A DNA stretch of 64,000 nucleotides from Candidatus Latescibacterota bacterium (GCA_965205975.1 OZ242195.1:5376001-5440000); one strand, 5' to 3'; positions 16,979 through 26,430 are shown, numbered from the stretch's first letter. Translations and numbers: made by a program. The notes: generated by a model not told the origin, from the sequence alone.

Positions 16979-18106
16979 ATGAGTGAATCTCTTAATCAAG
17001 AGGTGTACAACCGCGATAGCAGTCCATTCAATGCACAAGTGTTTGATCTGTTTTGCAGCATTGGAGGTTTGACCTATGGACTAAAAAGGGCTGGAATCGC
17101 AGTCAACGCCGGTCTGGATATTGATGGTTCGTGCCGTTACGCTTATGAAAATAACTGCGAAGCGACTTTTATTGAAGCGGATATTAGAGAAATCTCTTTT
17201 TCAGATATTTCAAGGTATTTTAATGATGCGGAATATCGCGTGCTTGTGGGTTGCGCACCCTGTCAACCGTTCTCCAGCCACACAGCCAAAATGAAGTCTG
17301 GTGAGTCGGATTCAAGGTGGAACCTGATAGATGAATTTCTGAGAATAATTCTTGAGGGCAGACCAGAGATTATCTCTATGGAGAATGTGCCCCAACTCAT
17401 GGATAAGCCAATTTACAATAATTTTAAGCACGAGTTAGCCGATGCAGGATATAGTATTTCTGATGGGATTATATCCTGTGCCGGCTTCGGGGTTCCGCAA
17501 AGCCGAAGTCGCTTGGTTATGCTGGCATCTTTGTTGGGCAGAATTAATATGCCGAAATCCAACACCCAAAAGCCCAAAACGGTTAGGCAAGCAATTGGAC
17601 ACCTCGCACCTCTTGATCAGGGGCAATCAAACGAGGATGATTTTTTGCATGTTTGTTCTCGATTGGAGTCAATCAACCTAAAACGCATCCGGGCTTCTAA
17701 GCCCGGTGGAAGTTGGCGAGATTGGCCTACTGAATTATTGCCAGATTGCTACAAAAAAGATAGTGGCTTAAGCTATGGGAGCGTTTACGGGCGTATGCAG
17801 TGGGATAAGCCAGCACCTACGCTGACCACGCAATTTTATCGTTATGGAACTGGTCGCTATGGGCATCCAGAACAAGATCGTGCTCTGAGCTTGAGAGAAG
17901 GTGCAATTCTCCAAACTTTCCCCGAGGAGTATCAGTTTGTTGCTCCCGATGAAAAAGCGTCATTTTCGAGAATTGGCCGTCAAATAGGCAATGCTGTTCC
18001 GCCATCTTTGGCTTATGCTATTGGGAAAGCAATTACAGGTCATATAAAAAAAAGGGCAGCAAAAATGCTTGAAAGACTTAAGCTGTCTGTCTTTTTTAGT
18101 GCCTGA
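16979..18106 (+). CDS. dcm: DNA (cytosine-5) methyltransferase 1
   Basis: Motif I DLFCSIGG (variant), IV GCAPCQPFS, VI MENV, VIII PQSRSR, IX R.LSLRE...LQTFP, X QIGNAVPP; SD GGAGG. Confidence 0.93.
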   Translation: MSESLNQEVYNRDSSPFNAQVFDLFCSIGGLTYGLKRAGIAVNAGLDIDGSCRYAYENNCEATFIEADIREISFSDISRYFNDAEYRVLVGCAPCQPFSSHTAKMKSGESDSRWNLIDEFLRIILEGRPEIISMENVPQLMDKPIYNNFKHELADAGYSISDGIISCAGFGVPQSRSRLVMLASLLGRINMPKSNTQKPKTVRQAIGHLAPLDQGQSNEDDFLHVCSRLESINLKRIRASKPGGSWRDWPTELLPDCYKKDSGLSYGSVYGRMQWDKPAPTLTTQFYRYGTGRYGHPEQDRALSLREGAILQTFPEEYQFVAPDEKASFSRIGRQIGNAVPPSLAYAIGKAITGHIKKRAAKMLERLKLSVFFSA

Positions 18107-18133
18107 TAAATAGAAGAAAATGGAAATCACAGC

Positions 18134-19396
18134 ATGAATAGGGGCCTAAAATTTCTGGATCTTTTCGCGGGTGCTGGAGGGCTGTCCGAGGGATTTATAC
18201 AAGCGGGATTCGAGCCTGTCGCACATATTGAATCAGATAAAGCGGCATGTTTCACTCTACGCACACGGATGGCATACCACTATTTGAAGGACCGTGACAG
18301 GGTAGAACTGTATGCAGATTATCTGAATGGAACACTGAGCCGTCCAGATTTCTATGAACAAGTTCCGGAACGGATTATCGAATCAGTCATCGATGCCGAG
18401 ATAGGTGACAAAACACTGCCGGATATTTTTCGGCGGGTTGACGCTCTACTGGATAATTGTAGGCTTGATTTGATTGTCGGTGGGCCTCCTTGCCAAGCCT
18501 ATTCCCTAATAGGTCGTTCTCGTGATTTGAATAGTATGAAGGGGGATAAGCGTAACTATCTGTATAACTATTACGCCGAATTTTTGAAGAGGTACAAACC
18601 ATTATACTTTGTCTTCGAAAATGTCACCGGTCTTCTATCTGCTAGAAATGGGGATGGCAGCCGCTATTTTGACGCCATGCAAAGCCTCTTCCGCGAATGT
18701 GGTTACAAAACGGACTTCCTGAAGTTATCAGCAGAGGATTATGGCGTCCTACAGAGGCGAGAAAGAATCATTCTTGTCGGAAGAAAGGGTAAAATGACCG
18801 GCTTTTATCCAGAGCCAGACAAGTGGAATCCTAATGCCTGTGTCAGGGAAATATTCTGTGATCTGCCCATTATCGCCGCGGGTGAAGGCGACCCAGGCCC
18901 ATGCAATGTCAGGCCATATCTTGGAACATATCAGTATGAAGCAGGGATAAGAGATGACGAGCTTCCAGTCACTTGGCATCAAGCAAGACCTAATACGGAA
19001 CAAGACCTTGAAATTTACCGGAGAGCTGTTAATCTCTGGAATAAAGAAAAGACTCGTCTAAATTACAATATGCTTCCGGAGCATCTGAAAACACATAGAC
19101 ACCGAAACTCGTTTCTGGATAGGTTCAAAGTCGTCGCTGAGGATCTGCCGTTTTCTCATACTGTAGTTGCCCATATCGCCAAGGACGGTCACTATTACAT
19201 TCATCCGGACATTAATCAGAATCGATCAATCACACCTAGAGAGGCTGCGCGATTGCAGACATTCCCAGATGATTATTACTTTGAGAGCGTCAGATATGTT
19301 CCCGGACGCACGCCTGCTTTCAGTCAGATCGGCAATGCAGTGCCTGTGCTTCTGGCACGGAAAATAGCTGATAAATTGCAGGGGGTCTGGTTATGA
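18134..19396 (+). CDS. dcm: DNA (cytosine-5) methyltransferase 2
   Basis: DLFAGAGG, GGPPCQAYS, FENV, QRRER, REAARLQTFPD, QIGNAVP. Confidence 0.95.
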   Translation: MNRGLKFLDLFAGAGGLSEGFIQAGFEPVAHIESDKAACFTLRTRMAYHYLKDRDRVELYADYLNGTLSRPDFYEQVPERIIESVIDAEIGDKTLPDIFRRVDALLDNCRLDLIVGGPPCQAYSLIGRSRDLNSMKGDKRNYLYNYYAEFLKRYKPLYFVFENVTGLLSARNGDGSRYFDAMQSLFRECGYKTDFLKLSAEDYGVLQRRERIILVGRKGKMTGFYPEPDKWNPNACVREIFCDLPIIAAGEGDPGPCNVRPYLGTYQYEAGIRDDELPVTWHQARPNTEQDLEIYRRAVNLWNKEKTRLNYNMLPEHLKTHRHRNSFLDRFKVVAEDLPFSHTVVAHIAKDGHYYIHPDINQNRSITPREAARLQTFPDDYYFESVRYVPGRTPAFSQIGNAVPVLLARKIADKLQGVWL

Positions 19397-21546
19397 GCAC
19401 AAGCGGAACATACAGAATAAGACCGGCTGGTCGGCATATCCTGACCATTGGCCGTGACCTGATTCAGGATGTCTATGCGGCGGTCGTAGAACTGGTGAAG
19501 AATGCTTATGACGCCGATTCTCCTGATGTAAATATCAAATTTATGGCCAATCCTGACCACAGCGGATATTCCATCATTATCTCAGACCATGGTCACGGAA
19601 TGTCCAGGGATACTGTCATTAACAAGTGGATGGTGCCGTCAACCCGAGACAAACTTGATCGGCGCACGAGTCCTTCCGGAAGGATTATGCAGGGACGTAA
19701 GGGGGTGGGGCGCTACGCCGCATCCATTCTCGGCACAGACTTGCTTCTCGAAACAGTGACTGCTGAAGGCGAGAAGACAACGGTCTATGTTGAGTGGGAG
19801 AATTTCGAGGCTGCCGAATATCTGGATGACGTGGAAATCCTCATTGAAACCACTGAGGTATCCGAACCGCCGGGTACACAACTGACTATGGCTGGGGATA
19901 TTGAGCTTCTTGCTGACTGGGACAAGAAACAGTTCGAAAAACTTCGTTTTGAACTAAAAAAACTGAAATCGCCTGTGAGTGCTGCTCTTAGCGATGATGA
20001 CTTTTGTATCATTCTGGAGGTTGAAGGTTTTCCTGCCGTAGAGGACATTAGTGAAACTGTCGAGTCATTTCCGATCTTCGATCTCTTTGATTATAAGATA
20101 GCTGGCAAAATTAGTGCTGATGGCAATGGTACCCTGACGTATTCGTCTCAGAAAGTTCGTAATATCGCCGATGAGAGTATTACTTTTGATTTTGGTCAGC
20201 CTACCGAATGCGGTGAACTTGATATTGATGTACGGGTGTATGACCGTGACAAAGATGCTATTGATTCTTTGATAGGACGTGGTCTTAAAGATGAATCTGG
20301 CAACTATGTCGGAAAACTTCAAGCAAGGCAACTTCTCAACGCTTCCAACGGCATAGGTGTTTACCGAAACGGATTTCGTATCCGGCCGCTGGGTGATCCA
20401 GACTTTGATTGGTTGAAACTGAACGAGCAGCGTGTTCAAAACCCATCGCTCAGAATCGGTAGCAACCAAGCAATCGGATATGTGCAGATTCAGTCAGATG
20501 AGCAATCCGGTCTAATTGAAAAAAGTGCCAGAGATGGACTCAGGGAAAATGCGGCCTTTAGTCATCTAAAAGAAATTACCACAAAGGTCATTGCTGAACT
20601 CGAAACGCGACGGTTCGAGTTCAGAATGAAAGCCGGTTTGAGCAGGCCTGTTATTAAAGTCGAACGCGAATTGGAACGCCTTTTTTCGTTTCAGGAACTG
20701 AAACAGGATGTTATGGAAAGACTTATCAGATCTGGAATTGATCCCAAAACCTCTAATAAAATTATTGATATCATTAGTCGTGAAGAAGAGGATAAGAATA
20801 AAATTGCCGCTGAAATCCGTCAAGCTGTCGCCATTTATCAGGGACAAGCTACCTTGGGGAAAATCATTAACGTGATCCTTCACGAAGGCAGACGGCCACT
20901 CAATTACTTCCGAAACCAAATACCAAACCTTCGGTACTGGTACAAATCATTTCGGAAAACTGAGAATTTAGAAAATCTTGAGAAATCTCTATCAATTGTT
21001 GAGGGCATAGGCATGAATGCAGAGTTTTTTGTCAATCTCTTCAACAAACTTGATCCTCTGGCAGCGGGGAAGCGCTCTAAAAGAGAGTCCCTTGCGCTGA
21101 AGAAAGAGATAGAGAACGTGCTTGCTGTCTTTGAACAAGAAATGAAATCTCAGAAGGTAATCGCTGAAATTACAGGATCCGACGACTTTAGATTTTCCTC
21201 TTGGCGTCAAGATATCAGTGCGATTTTCACAAATCTTGTGGACAACAGTCTGTACTGGATGAACGAAAAGAATACGCCCAAGCGAAAAATCATTATTGAA
21301 CTCGCAACAAACAAGAATTCTCTTCTTCAGATTGATTATCATGACACCGGGCCAGGTATTGAACCTGACCACATTGCAAGTGAAGTGATTTTTGAACCTG
21401 AGTTTACCACCAAACCATCTGGTACTGGTCTGGGGCTGGCAATTGCAGGTGAGGCTGCCGCACGTAACGATCTTGAATTGAAAGCTTTTGAATCTCAAGA
21501 AGGGGCTTGGTTCAGGTTACAACCTAAAACGGAGGATGAGGAATGA
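19393..21546 (+). CDS. Soluble fusion of an N-terminal GHKL (MORC/MutL-like) ATPase and a C-terminal histidine kinase
   Basis: N-terminal ELVKNAYDAD, DHGHGM, GRKGVGR, GTQLT; C-terminal H-box LHEGRRPL, NLVDNS, DTGPGI, FTTKPSGTGLGL; no TM; ATGA overlap with dcm2. Confidence 0.9.
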   Translation: MSTSGTYRIRPAGRHILTIGRDLIQDVYAAVVELVKNAYDADSPDVNIKFMANPDHSGYSIIISDHGHGMSRDTVINKWMVPSTRDKLDRRTSPSGRIMQGRKGVGRYAASILGTDLLLETVTAEGEKTTVYVEWENFEAAEYLDDVEILIETTEVSEPPGTQLTMAGDIELLADWDKKQFEKLRFELKKLKSPVSAALSDDDFCIILEVEGFPAVEDISETVESFPIFDLFDYKIAGKISADGNGTLTYSSQKVRNIADESITFDFGQPTECGELDIDVRVYDRDKDAIDSLIGRGLKDESGNYVGKLQARQLLNASNGIGVYRNGFRIRPLGDPDFDWLKLNEQRVQNPSLRIGSNQAIGYVQIQSDEQSGLIEKSARDGLRENAAFSHLKEITTKVIAELETRRFEFRMKAGLSRPVIKVERELERLFSFQELKQDVMERLIRSGIDPKTSNKIIDIISREEEDKNKIAAEIRQAVAIYQGQATLGKIINVILHEGRRPLNYFRNQIPNLRYWYKSFRKTENLENLEKSLSIVEGIGMNAEFFVNLFNKLDPLAAGKRSKRESLALKKEIENVLAVFEQEMKSQKVIAEITGSDDFRFSSWRQDISAIFTNLVDNSLYWMNEKNTPKRKIIIELATNKNSLLQIDYHDTGPGIEPDHIASEVIFEPEFTTKPSGTGLGLAIAGEAAARNDLELKAFESQEGAWFRLQPKTEDEE

Positions 21547-22604
21547 GTGTGTTGCGACTGCTTATAGTTGAGGATGATGAACAGGATCTATCTACCTGTA
21601 GAGATACTGTCGAAAGATACGAAAATGAAAAGCAGCGCAAAGTCGAACTCGTCGAATGCAAGGATGTCAGTGCGGCTTTCGAGTGCCTTGACAATTCCTT
21701 CGATGGTGCGATTATTGACCTGAAGCTCGGGGATCAGGGCGATGAAGGCAATCAGGTTATATGTAAAATCGAAGATTCACAGTTCCGGATTCCAGTCTTT
21801 ATTTTAACTGGAACCCCTGTCAACACGGAGTTTACACATATAAAAGTTTTCAAAAAAGGGGACTCTGGAGCAGGATACGATGATTTATTGGACAGATTCT
21901 GGGATATTTATAACACGGGGCTAACTCGTATCATGGGTGGCAGGGGCATCATCGAACAAACATTGAGCCAAGTATTTTTGGGAAATCTCCTCCCACAGAT
22001 AGATACATGGATACATTATGGTGAGGACGATTCTTCCAGAACTGAAAAGGCTCTTCTTCGGCACACGCTGAATCATCTGCTTCAGCTTCTTGACGATGAC
22101 GCAGACAGTTGCTTTCCCGAAGAAGTCTATCTGCACCCGCCGCTTAATGACGATATCCGGACTGGTAGCCTTGTTAAAGAAAAGGAAAGTGGGAAGTGGT
22201 TTGCTGTCATGAGTCCAGCCTGCGACCTTGTCGTGAGGGAAGATGGCAGCCGTAATACTGACAGGATTCTTATTGTCGAAGTTGATCTTGGAACGACGTT
22301 ATTTCCGTGGTTTGATGATACAAATCTGAGTAAAACCAGAAAGGGAGAGTTGAAACGAGCATTCGGGAACAACAAATCAGCCTATCATCACTGGCTTCCT
22401 AAGACGGATTTCTTTGAAGGCGGTTTCCTCAATTTTAGAAAACTTTTCACTTGGGAAATTGAACAATTCCAAGAAAAATTCCACACCCCTCCTGAAATAC
22501 AAATCTCGCTATCTTTTGTGAAGGATATTGTGGCGCGTTTTTCATCATACTACGCTCGTCAGGGACAGCCAGATATCGATTTTGACAGATTTATCAACTC
22601 TTGA
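21543..22604 (+). CDS. Response regulator: REC domain plus uncharacterised C-terminal domain
   Basis: LLIVEDD, IIDLKL (phospho-Asp), ILTG, FKK; C-terminal VMSPACDL and RFSSYYARQGQPD; no HTH; ATGA overlap with kinase. Confidence 0.85.
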   Translation: MSVLRLLIVEDDEQDLSTCRDTVERYENEKQRKVELVECKDVSAAFECLDNSFDGAIIDLKLGDQGDEGNQVICKIEDSQFRIPVFILTGTPVNTEFTHIKVFKKGDSGAGYDDLLDRFWDIYNTGLTRIMGGRGIIEQTLSQVFLGNLLPQIDTWIHYGEDDSSRTEKALLRHTLNHLLQLLDDDADSCFPEEVYLHPPLNDDIRTGSLVKEKESGKWFAVMSPACDLVVREDGSRNTDRILIVEVDLGTTLFPWFDDTNLSKTRKGELKRAFGNNKSAYHHWLPKTDFFEGGFLNFRKLFTWEIEQFQEKFHTPPEIQISLSFVKDIVARFSSYYARQGQPDIDFDRFINS

Positions 22605-22669
22605 AATAGGCATACAGGAAGTTGCAGGATTGAAGTTCGCTACATTTCGATGGGTTCACGTTTTTTAAC

Positions 22670-22742
22670 TCACCTCCACACCCATTCCACCATATCCTGT
22701 ATCTTCTTTTCGAATCGCTCAATCAACGTATTTCCTATTCTC
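22670..22742 (-). pseudogene. Possible C-terminal remnant of a type I R-M HsdM/HsdS-like gene
   Basis: Reads RIGNTLIERFEKKIQDMVEWVWR*; resembles from memory the LIxRFEKKIQxxxxxVW tail of fused type I M/S proteins. Confidence 0.4.
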
Positions 22743-22747
22743 AGGTC

Positions 22748-23014
22748 TCATTGTTTTTCGATAGCCTCGGGCGCAATAGCAGTCGGCTGACTTTCCAGAT
22801 AGAGCGTATCATAGCTCAGATCTAACTCGCCTGGCCATTCCACGGAACCTGCTACTACACGGACTGCCTGGAAGGTGGCGCGATTCTGAAGGCGCACAAA
22901 GACGCCGCGCTGGAGATAAGGCTTCACATCGAATATCCGCTGTTCACCATTCTCAAATATTAATTCCAGTTGATAATCTTCGAGTGGGCGTACTTGCTTG
23001 ACATAGGGATTCAT
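22748..23014 (-). CDS. DUF2442 family protein (antitoxin-like), orphan
   Basis: VRPLEDYQLELIFENGEQRIFDVKPYL..GVF, VEWPGELDL.YDTLY. Confidence 0.85.
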   Translation of the reverse strand: MNPYVKQVRPLEDYQLELIFENGEQRIFDVKPYLQRGVFVRLQNRATFQAVRVVAGSVEWPGELDLSYDTLYLESQPTAIAPEAIEKQ

Positions 23015-23031
23015 TGCAATCTCTCAAGCCA

Positions 23032-23907
23032 TCATCTCTCACCCGATAATTTCGCATACTCAATTTCCAGTGGCTGGGTGATTCGGTTTGTTAATTCTAT
23101 GAGATCGGGCCGGTCAGGTGGGAAATCTTTCTCCATCTTTCCATCGGGATATACGGTAACAGTGTCTATCCTTTTTATGAATCCCTTCTTGGCTGTCGCA
23201 CGATTGACTTGGAGGCCGTCTTTTGAAATTCCCATGCGAGTCTGTAAAATGCGTCCTTCGCCGATAATGCGAAAAAGAAAACCCAGTATGCCGGATGTTG
23301 GGCGCCCTGTAAGTCCTTTGATCTCGTCATAGGCAACCCAATTTCCAAAATCCAGCAGTCGATAGGTCATCACCCGTTGATTGGTTACTTTGAGATTCGG
23401 CGTCGAAAGCGTATCCATGTACGAATATCGATCCGGCTTGCCGGACTGGTCTTCCCACCAGATTCGCACATTTACTGCCAGTTCTGGCGTTGGGGCTTCC
23501 ACTACCTCGCGGATGACCCGATCTATTCGATAATCTACTTCCATATTCTGTTTGTATTGATAGGATAACTGCGCGTACTGGGGCATCGCGTTTTCCGCGC
23601 GTGCGGTCACTTCCATAAATGCCTGAAACCAGTTTTCGTACCCGATAAATAGCGGCAGTCCCTGTGGATCATGCGCCCTTGCCTTCTGTGCGAGATAAAG
23701 GATCATCTCCCCCTGAAAACGCACACCATTGGTCGTCGCTATCGGGTCGTAATCGTCACATTGTCGCATCGCCTCTACGATCTCTGCGCGACTTACCACC
23801 TGATATCCCGGACGCACGCCGTCTGCACATGCTGACCGATCCAGCAAAAAGAAAAAACAAAGGAGGGTTGCGATTCTCAACCCTCCAATGCAGTGAAAGC
23901 CCGTCAT
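23032..23907 (-). CDS. Hypothetical exported protein
   Basis: 291-aa ORF with signal-peptide-like N-terminus (LLCFFFLLDRSACA); no family recognised. Confidence 0.7.
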   Translation of the reverse strand: MTGFHCIGGLRIATLLCFFFLLDRSACADGVRPGYQVVSRAEIVEAMRQCDDYDPIATTNGVRFQGEMILYLAQKARAHDPQGLPLFIGYENWFQAFMEVTARAENAMPQYAQLSYQYKQNMEVDYRIDRVIREVVEAPTPELAVNVRIWWEDQSGKPDRYSYMDTLSTPNLKVTNQRVMTYRLLDFGNWVAYDEIKGLTGRPTSGILGFLFRIIGEGRILQTRMGISKDGLQVNRATAKKGFIKRIDTVTVYPDGKMEKDFPPDRPDLIELTNRITQPLEIEYAKLSGER

Positions 23908-23936
23908 GTTATCCCTAATTCGTTACGCCACGCGGT

Positions 23937-24791
23937 CTAATTTTTCAACACAATGAGGATGCGCTGACCGACGAGCAAGGGATCGGAAAAGGAGATGGTG
24001 AGGGTTTGGGCTTCTTTATCCTCGCTGAGTGCGTATTCTTTGTCTTTGCTCAGTTTGCCATGGTCGTCGCATACGGCGGCGAGTTCGCCCTGTACGGTAA
24101 TGTTTTCTCCAATGGACACTTTCTTAACGTCGGTGTTGTCAACATCGGGGAAATTTATAATTTTGTAGTTTTTGCGAATCCTTCGCCATGTATGGAGATA
24201 CCCCTGTTCTTTCAGATTATCTTCGATGCCGACATAGACGAGGACTGAACTGATAATTTCCTCAGCATCCTTAAGGTCTTCTTTGGTGACCTGGAGGTCT
24301 TCTTTGGTAACCTTAAGGTCTTCCTGGGTAACCTTAAGATCTTCCTGGGTAGCCTGAAGGTCCTTATGAGCTTTTTCGAGGGCTTCTGTTACGCGTTGAA
24401 GGCGATTGGTTTGCTCGAAGAGGCTGTTGCGGAGGCTGTCGCGTGCGGCTGCCACCTGTTCGAGATCACCTCTCAGAGTGGTGGTGAGACGCCGGTATTC
24501 TTTCATCTCATTGGTAAGGCGGTGGAGGGTGGTCAGCAAAACTTTATTTGATGTGCTGGTACTATCCATTTGTGCACGCACAGAATCGATGCGGACATTT
24601 AGTCCTTCGACCACCATATTTAGAGAGTCTATCAGTGCTTCATCGCGTTTGGCTTCTTCCTCTATTTGCATGACGTAGGGACTTTCTTTAATAATTTCCT
24701 CTTCGCTGGGCAAAAACGCGATGTACAAAAGAAGGGCTACTGCGATGGCTGCAATGCCAATTACCAGGATGATTTGCTTGTTGTTCTGCAT
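23937..24791 (-). CDS. Membrane-anchored coiled-coil protein with heptad repeat
   Basis: N-terminal TM helix, long coiled coil, repeats DLQATQE/DLKVTQE/DLKVTKE/DLQVTKE; SD GGAGG before ATG 24791. Confidence 0.75.
   Translation of the reverse strand: MQNNKQIILVIGIAAIAVALLLYIAFLPSEEEIIKESPYVMQIEEEAKRDEALIDSLNMVVEGLNVRIDSVRAQMDSTSTSNKVLLTTLHRLTNEMKEYRRLTTTLRGDLEQVAAARDSLRNSLFEQTNRLQRVTEALEKAHKDLQATQEDLKVTQEDLKVTKEDLQVTKEDLKDAEEIISSVLVYVGIEDNLKEQGYLHTWRRIRKNYKIINFPDVDNTDVKKVSIGENITVQGELAAVCDDHGKLSKDKEYALSEDKEAQTLTISFSDPLLVGQRILIVLKN
24269..24373. repeat. Intragenic 21-bp tandem repeat, about 5 units
   Basis: ccttaaggtcttctttggtga / cctggaggtcttctttggtaa / ccttaaggtcttcctgggtaa / ccttaagatcttcctgggtag / cctgaaggtcc... 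Confidence 0.85.
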
Positions 24792-24917
24792 GATTACCTC
24801 CAAAAAGAGACGGTTGCAGGAAATGAGGGCTATAGGTGTTGGAGAGCAAGGGACTTTTTATGGGGCTGTCCCACTTTGGCTTATTCTTTAGTGGTGAAGC
24901 TGTGAGGTCCTCCCTTG

Positions 24918-26345
24918 TTATGGTGTTATTATGGTTTCGCGGTTGGGAAACCCGCCGCCCAATGCGAGATGTAGGTCAATGCGCGTCTGGAGTCGTTGCT
25001 GGCGCACAACGAGCAATTGGCTTTCGGTGAGGTAAGCCGTGTTACGTGTTTGAAGCACGGTCAACAGGTCTGTAAGCCCTCTGTAATATCTATCTTCTGC
25101 CAATCGACGTGCTTCCCTCGCTTGTTCAGCGGCGGTTTCTAACGCGGTCTGGCGTTTTGCCAGATGCGCTTCTGCTGAGAGTGCATTTTCAACTTCGCTA
25201 TATGCTTGCAAAACGGTTTGGGCAAATAGTGCGGCGGCTTCGTTTTCTCTGGCACTGGCCAGGTCGATATTGCCCTGTATGCGCCCGCCCTGAAAGAGGG
25301 GTTGTGTAAGGTTGCCGATCAGGCTCCACACGCTGAAGTCTCCATTGAGCAGGTTGCCCAATGCATCGCTGCTGGTTCCGCTTGACGCAGTCAGGCTGAT
25401 GCGCGGATAACGCAGGCGTTTGGCGGCTTTGTGATTGGCCTGAGACGCGGCAAATTGGCGTTCAACTACAATGAGGTCGGGGCGTCGGGAAATGAGATCT
25501 GCCGGGAGGCCCGCGGGCACTGGATGTGGTACCTGGGGGAGGTTTTCGGCAATGGCGAACGTGCCCGAGGGATAGCGACCGGTGAGTACTTCGAGTTGGC
25601 GAATAGCCATTTCATAGCGTTGTTCACGCTGGTGCAGACGGTCTTGCGATAACGCGAGTTCGGATTTGCTCTGGCGCATGTCGAGTGAGGGCCGCACCCC
25701 CCGTTCGTAGCGCGTGCGTACCTGTTCGTGGTTGGTGAGGCTGTTTTCGTACGTCGCCTGCGCGAGTTCGAGTTGGCGCCTGGCTTCTATGGTGGCAAAC
25801 CACGCTTTGGCGGTTTGTGCTGCCAGTGACATGCGCGCGCCCCGATACATAGCCTGTGTTGCCTGATAGGAGGCTTGTGCAGCCGCAGCACTTGCGCCAA
25901 GCCGCCCCCAGAGGTCGATTTCCCACGCGGCATTTATGGAAACGCCATAGGTGGTGCTGGTGTTTGAGAGTGCCTCTCCAGGCGCCTGACCGGGAATGGG
26001 AAATCCAATGAAGTTTTGTTTGCGTCTCAATCCCAATGAGCCCGCGCTGATTTGCGGGTATAGCGGTGCGCCGGCCATTTTGGCCTGTGCGCGTGCGGCT
26101 TTGAGACGTGCCGCGGCAGCGTGCAGATTGTGGTTGTACGCGAGTGCCTGGGCGATTAAACTGTCGAGACGGCTATCGTTAAATGTCGCCCACCAGAGGG
26201 TGTCTGCAGGTGTTGTTGCGGCGGTTTCTGTTTGATAAGTTTGAGGTGGCTGAACCTGGGATTGTTGAACGCGAGGCGCAGACGCACAGGCGGTTATAAG
26301 TGCAAAGCAGAGTGCAAAGAAGTGCCATGTCGCGTGGGTACTCAT
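24918..26345 (-). CDS. NodT/OprM-type efflux outer-membrane lipoprotein (TolC family)
   Basis: Lipobox LITA-C, WWATFND..L..LI..AL..N, AWEIDLWGR, LPADLISRRPDL, LHLALGGG. Confidence 0.92.
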   Translation of the reverse strand: MSTHATWHFFALCFALITACASAPRVQQSQVQPPQTYQTETAATTPADTLWWATFNDSRLDSLIAQALAYNHNLHAAAARLKAARAQAKMAGAPLYPQISAGSLGLRRKQNFIGFPIPGQAPGEALSNTSTTYGVSINAAWEIDLWGRLGASAAAAQASYQATQAMYRGARMSLAAQTAKAWFATIEARRQLELAQATYENSLTNHEQVRTRYERGVRPSLDMRQSKSELALSQDRLHQREQRYEMAIRQLEVLTGRYPSGTFAIAENLPQVPHPVPAGLPADLISRRPDLIVVERQFAASQANHKAAKRLRYPRISLTASSGTSSDALGNLLNGDFSVWSLIGNLTQPLFQGGRIQGNIDLASARENEAAALFAQTVLQAYSEVENALSAEAHLAKRQTALETAAEQAREARRLAEDRYYRGLTDLLTVLQTRNTAYLTESQLLVVRQQRLQTRIDLHLALGGGFPNRETIITP

Positions 26346-26430
26346 TCTCGATCTCCTGAAAGAAGCTGACTTTATCATAAAGAAACTTTTATTTTTGTCA
26401 ATATATATCGCAATCAGAGAGGATTAGATT

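Noticed and set aside
13260..23014. Island as a prophage or ICE because of the Gp37/Gp68-family gene
   Set aside because: No integrase, att repeats, structural or conjugation genes seen.
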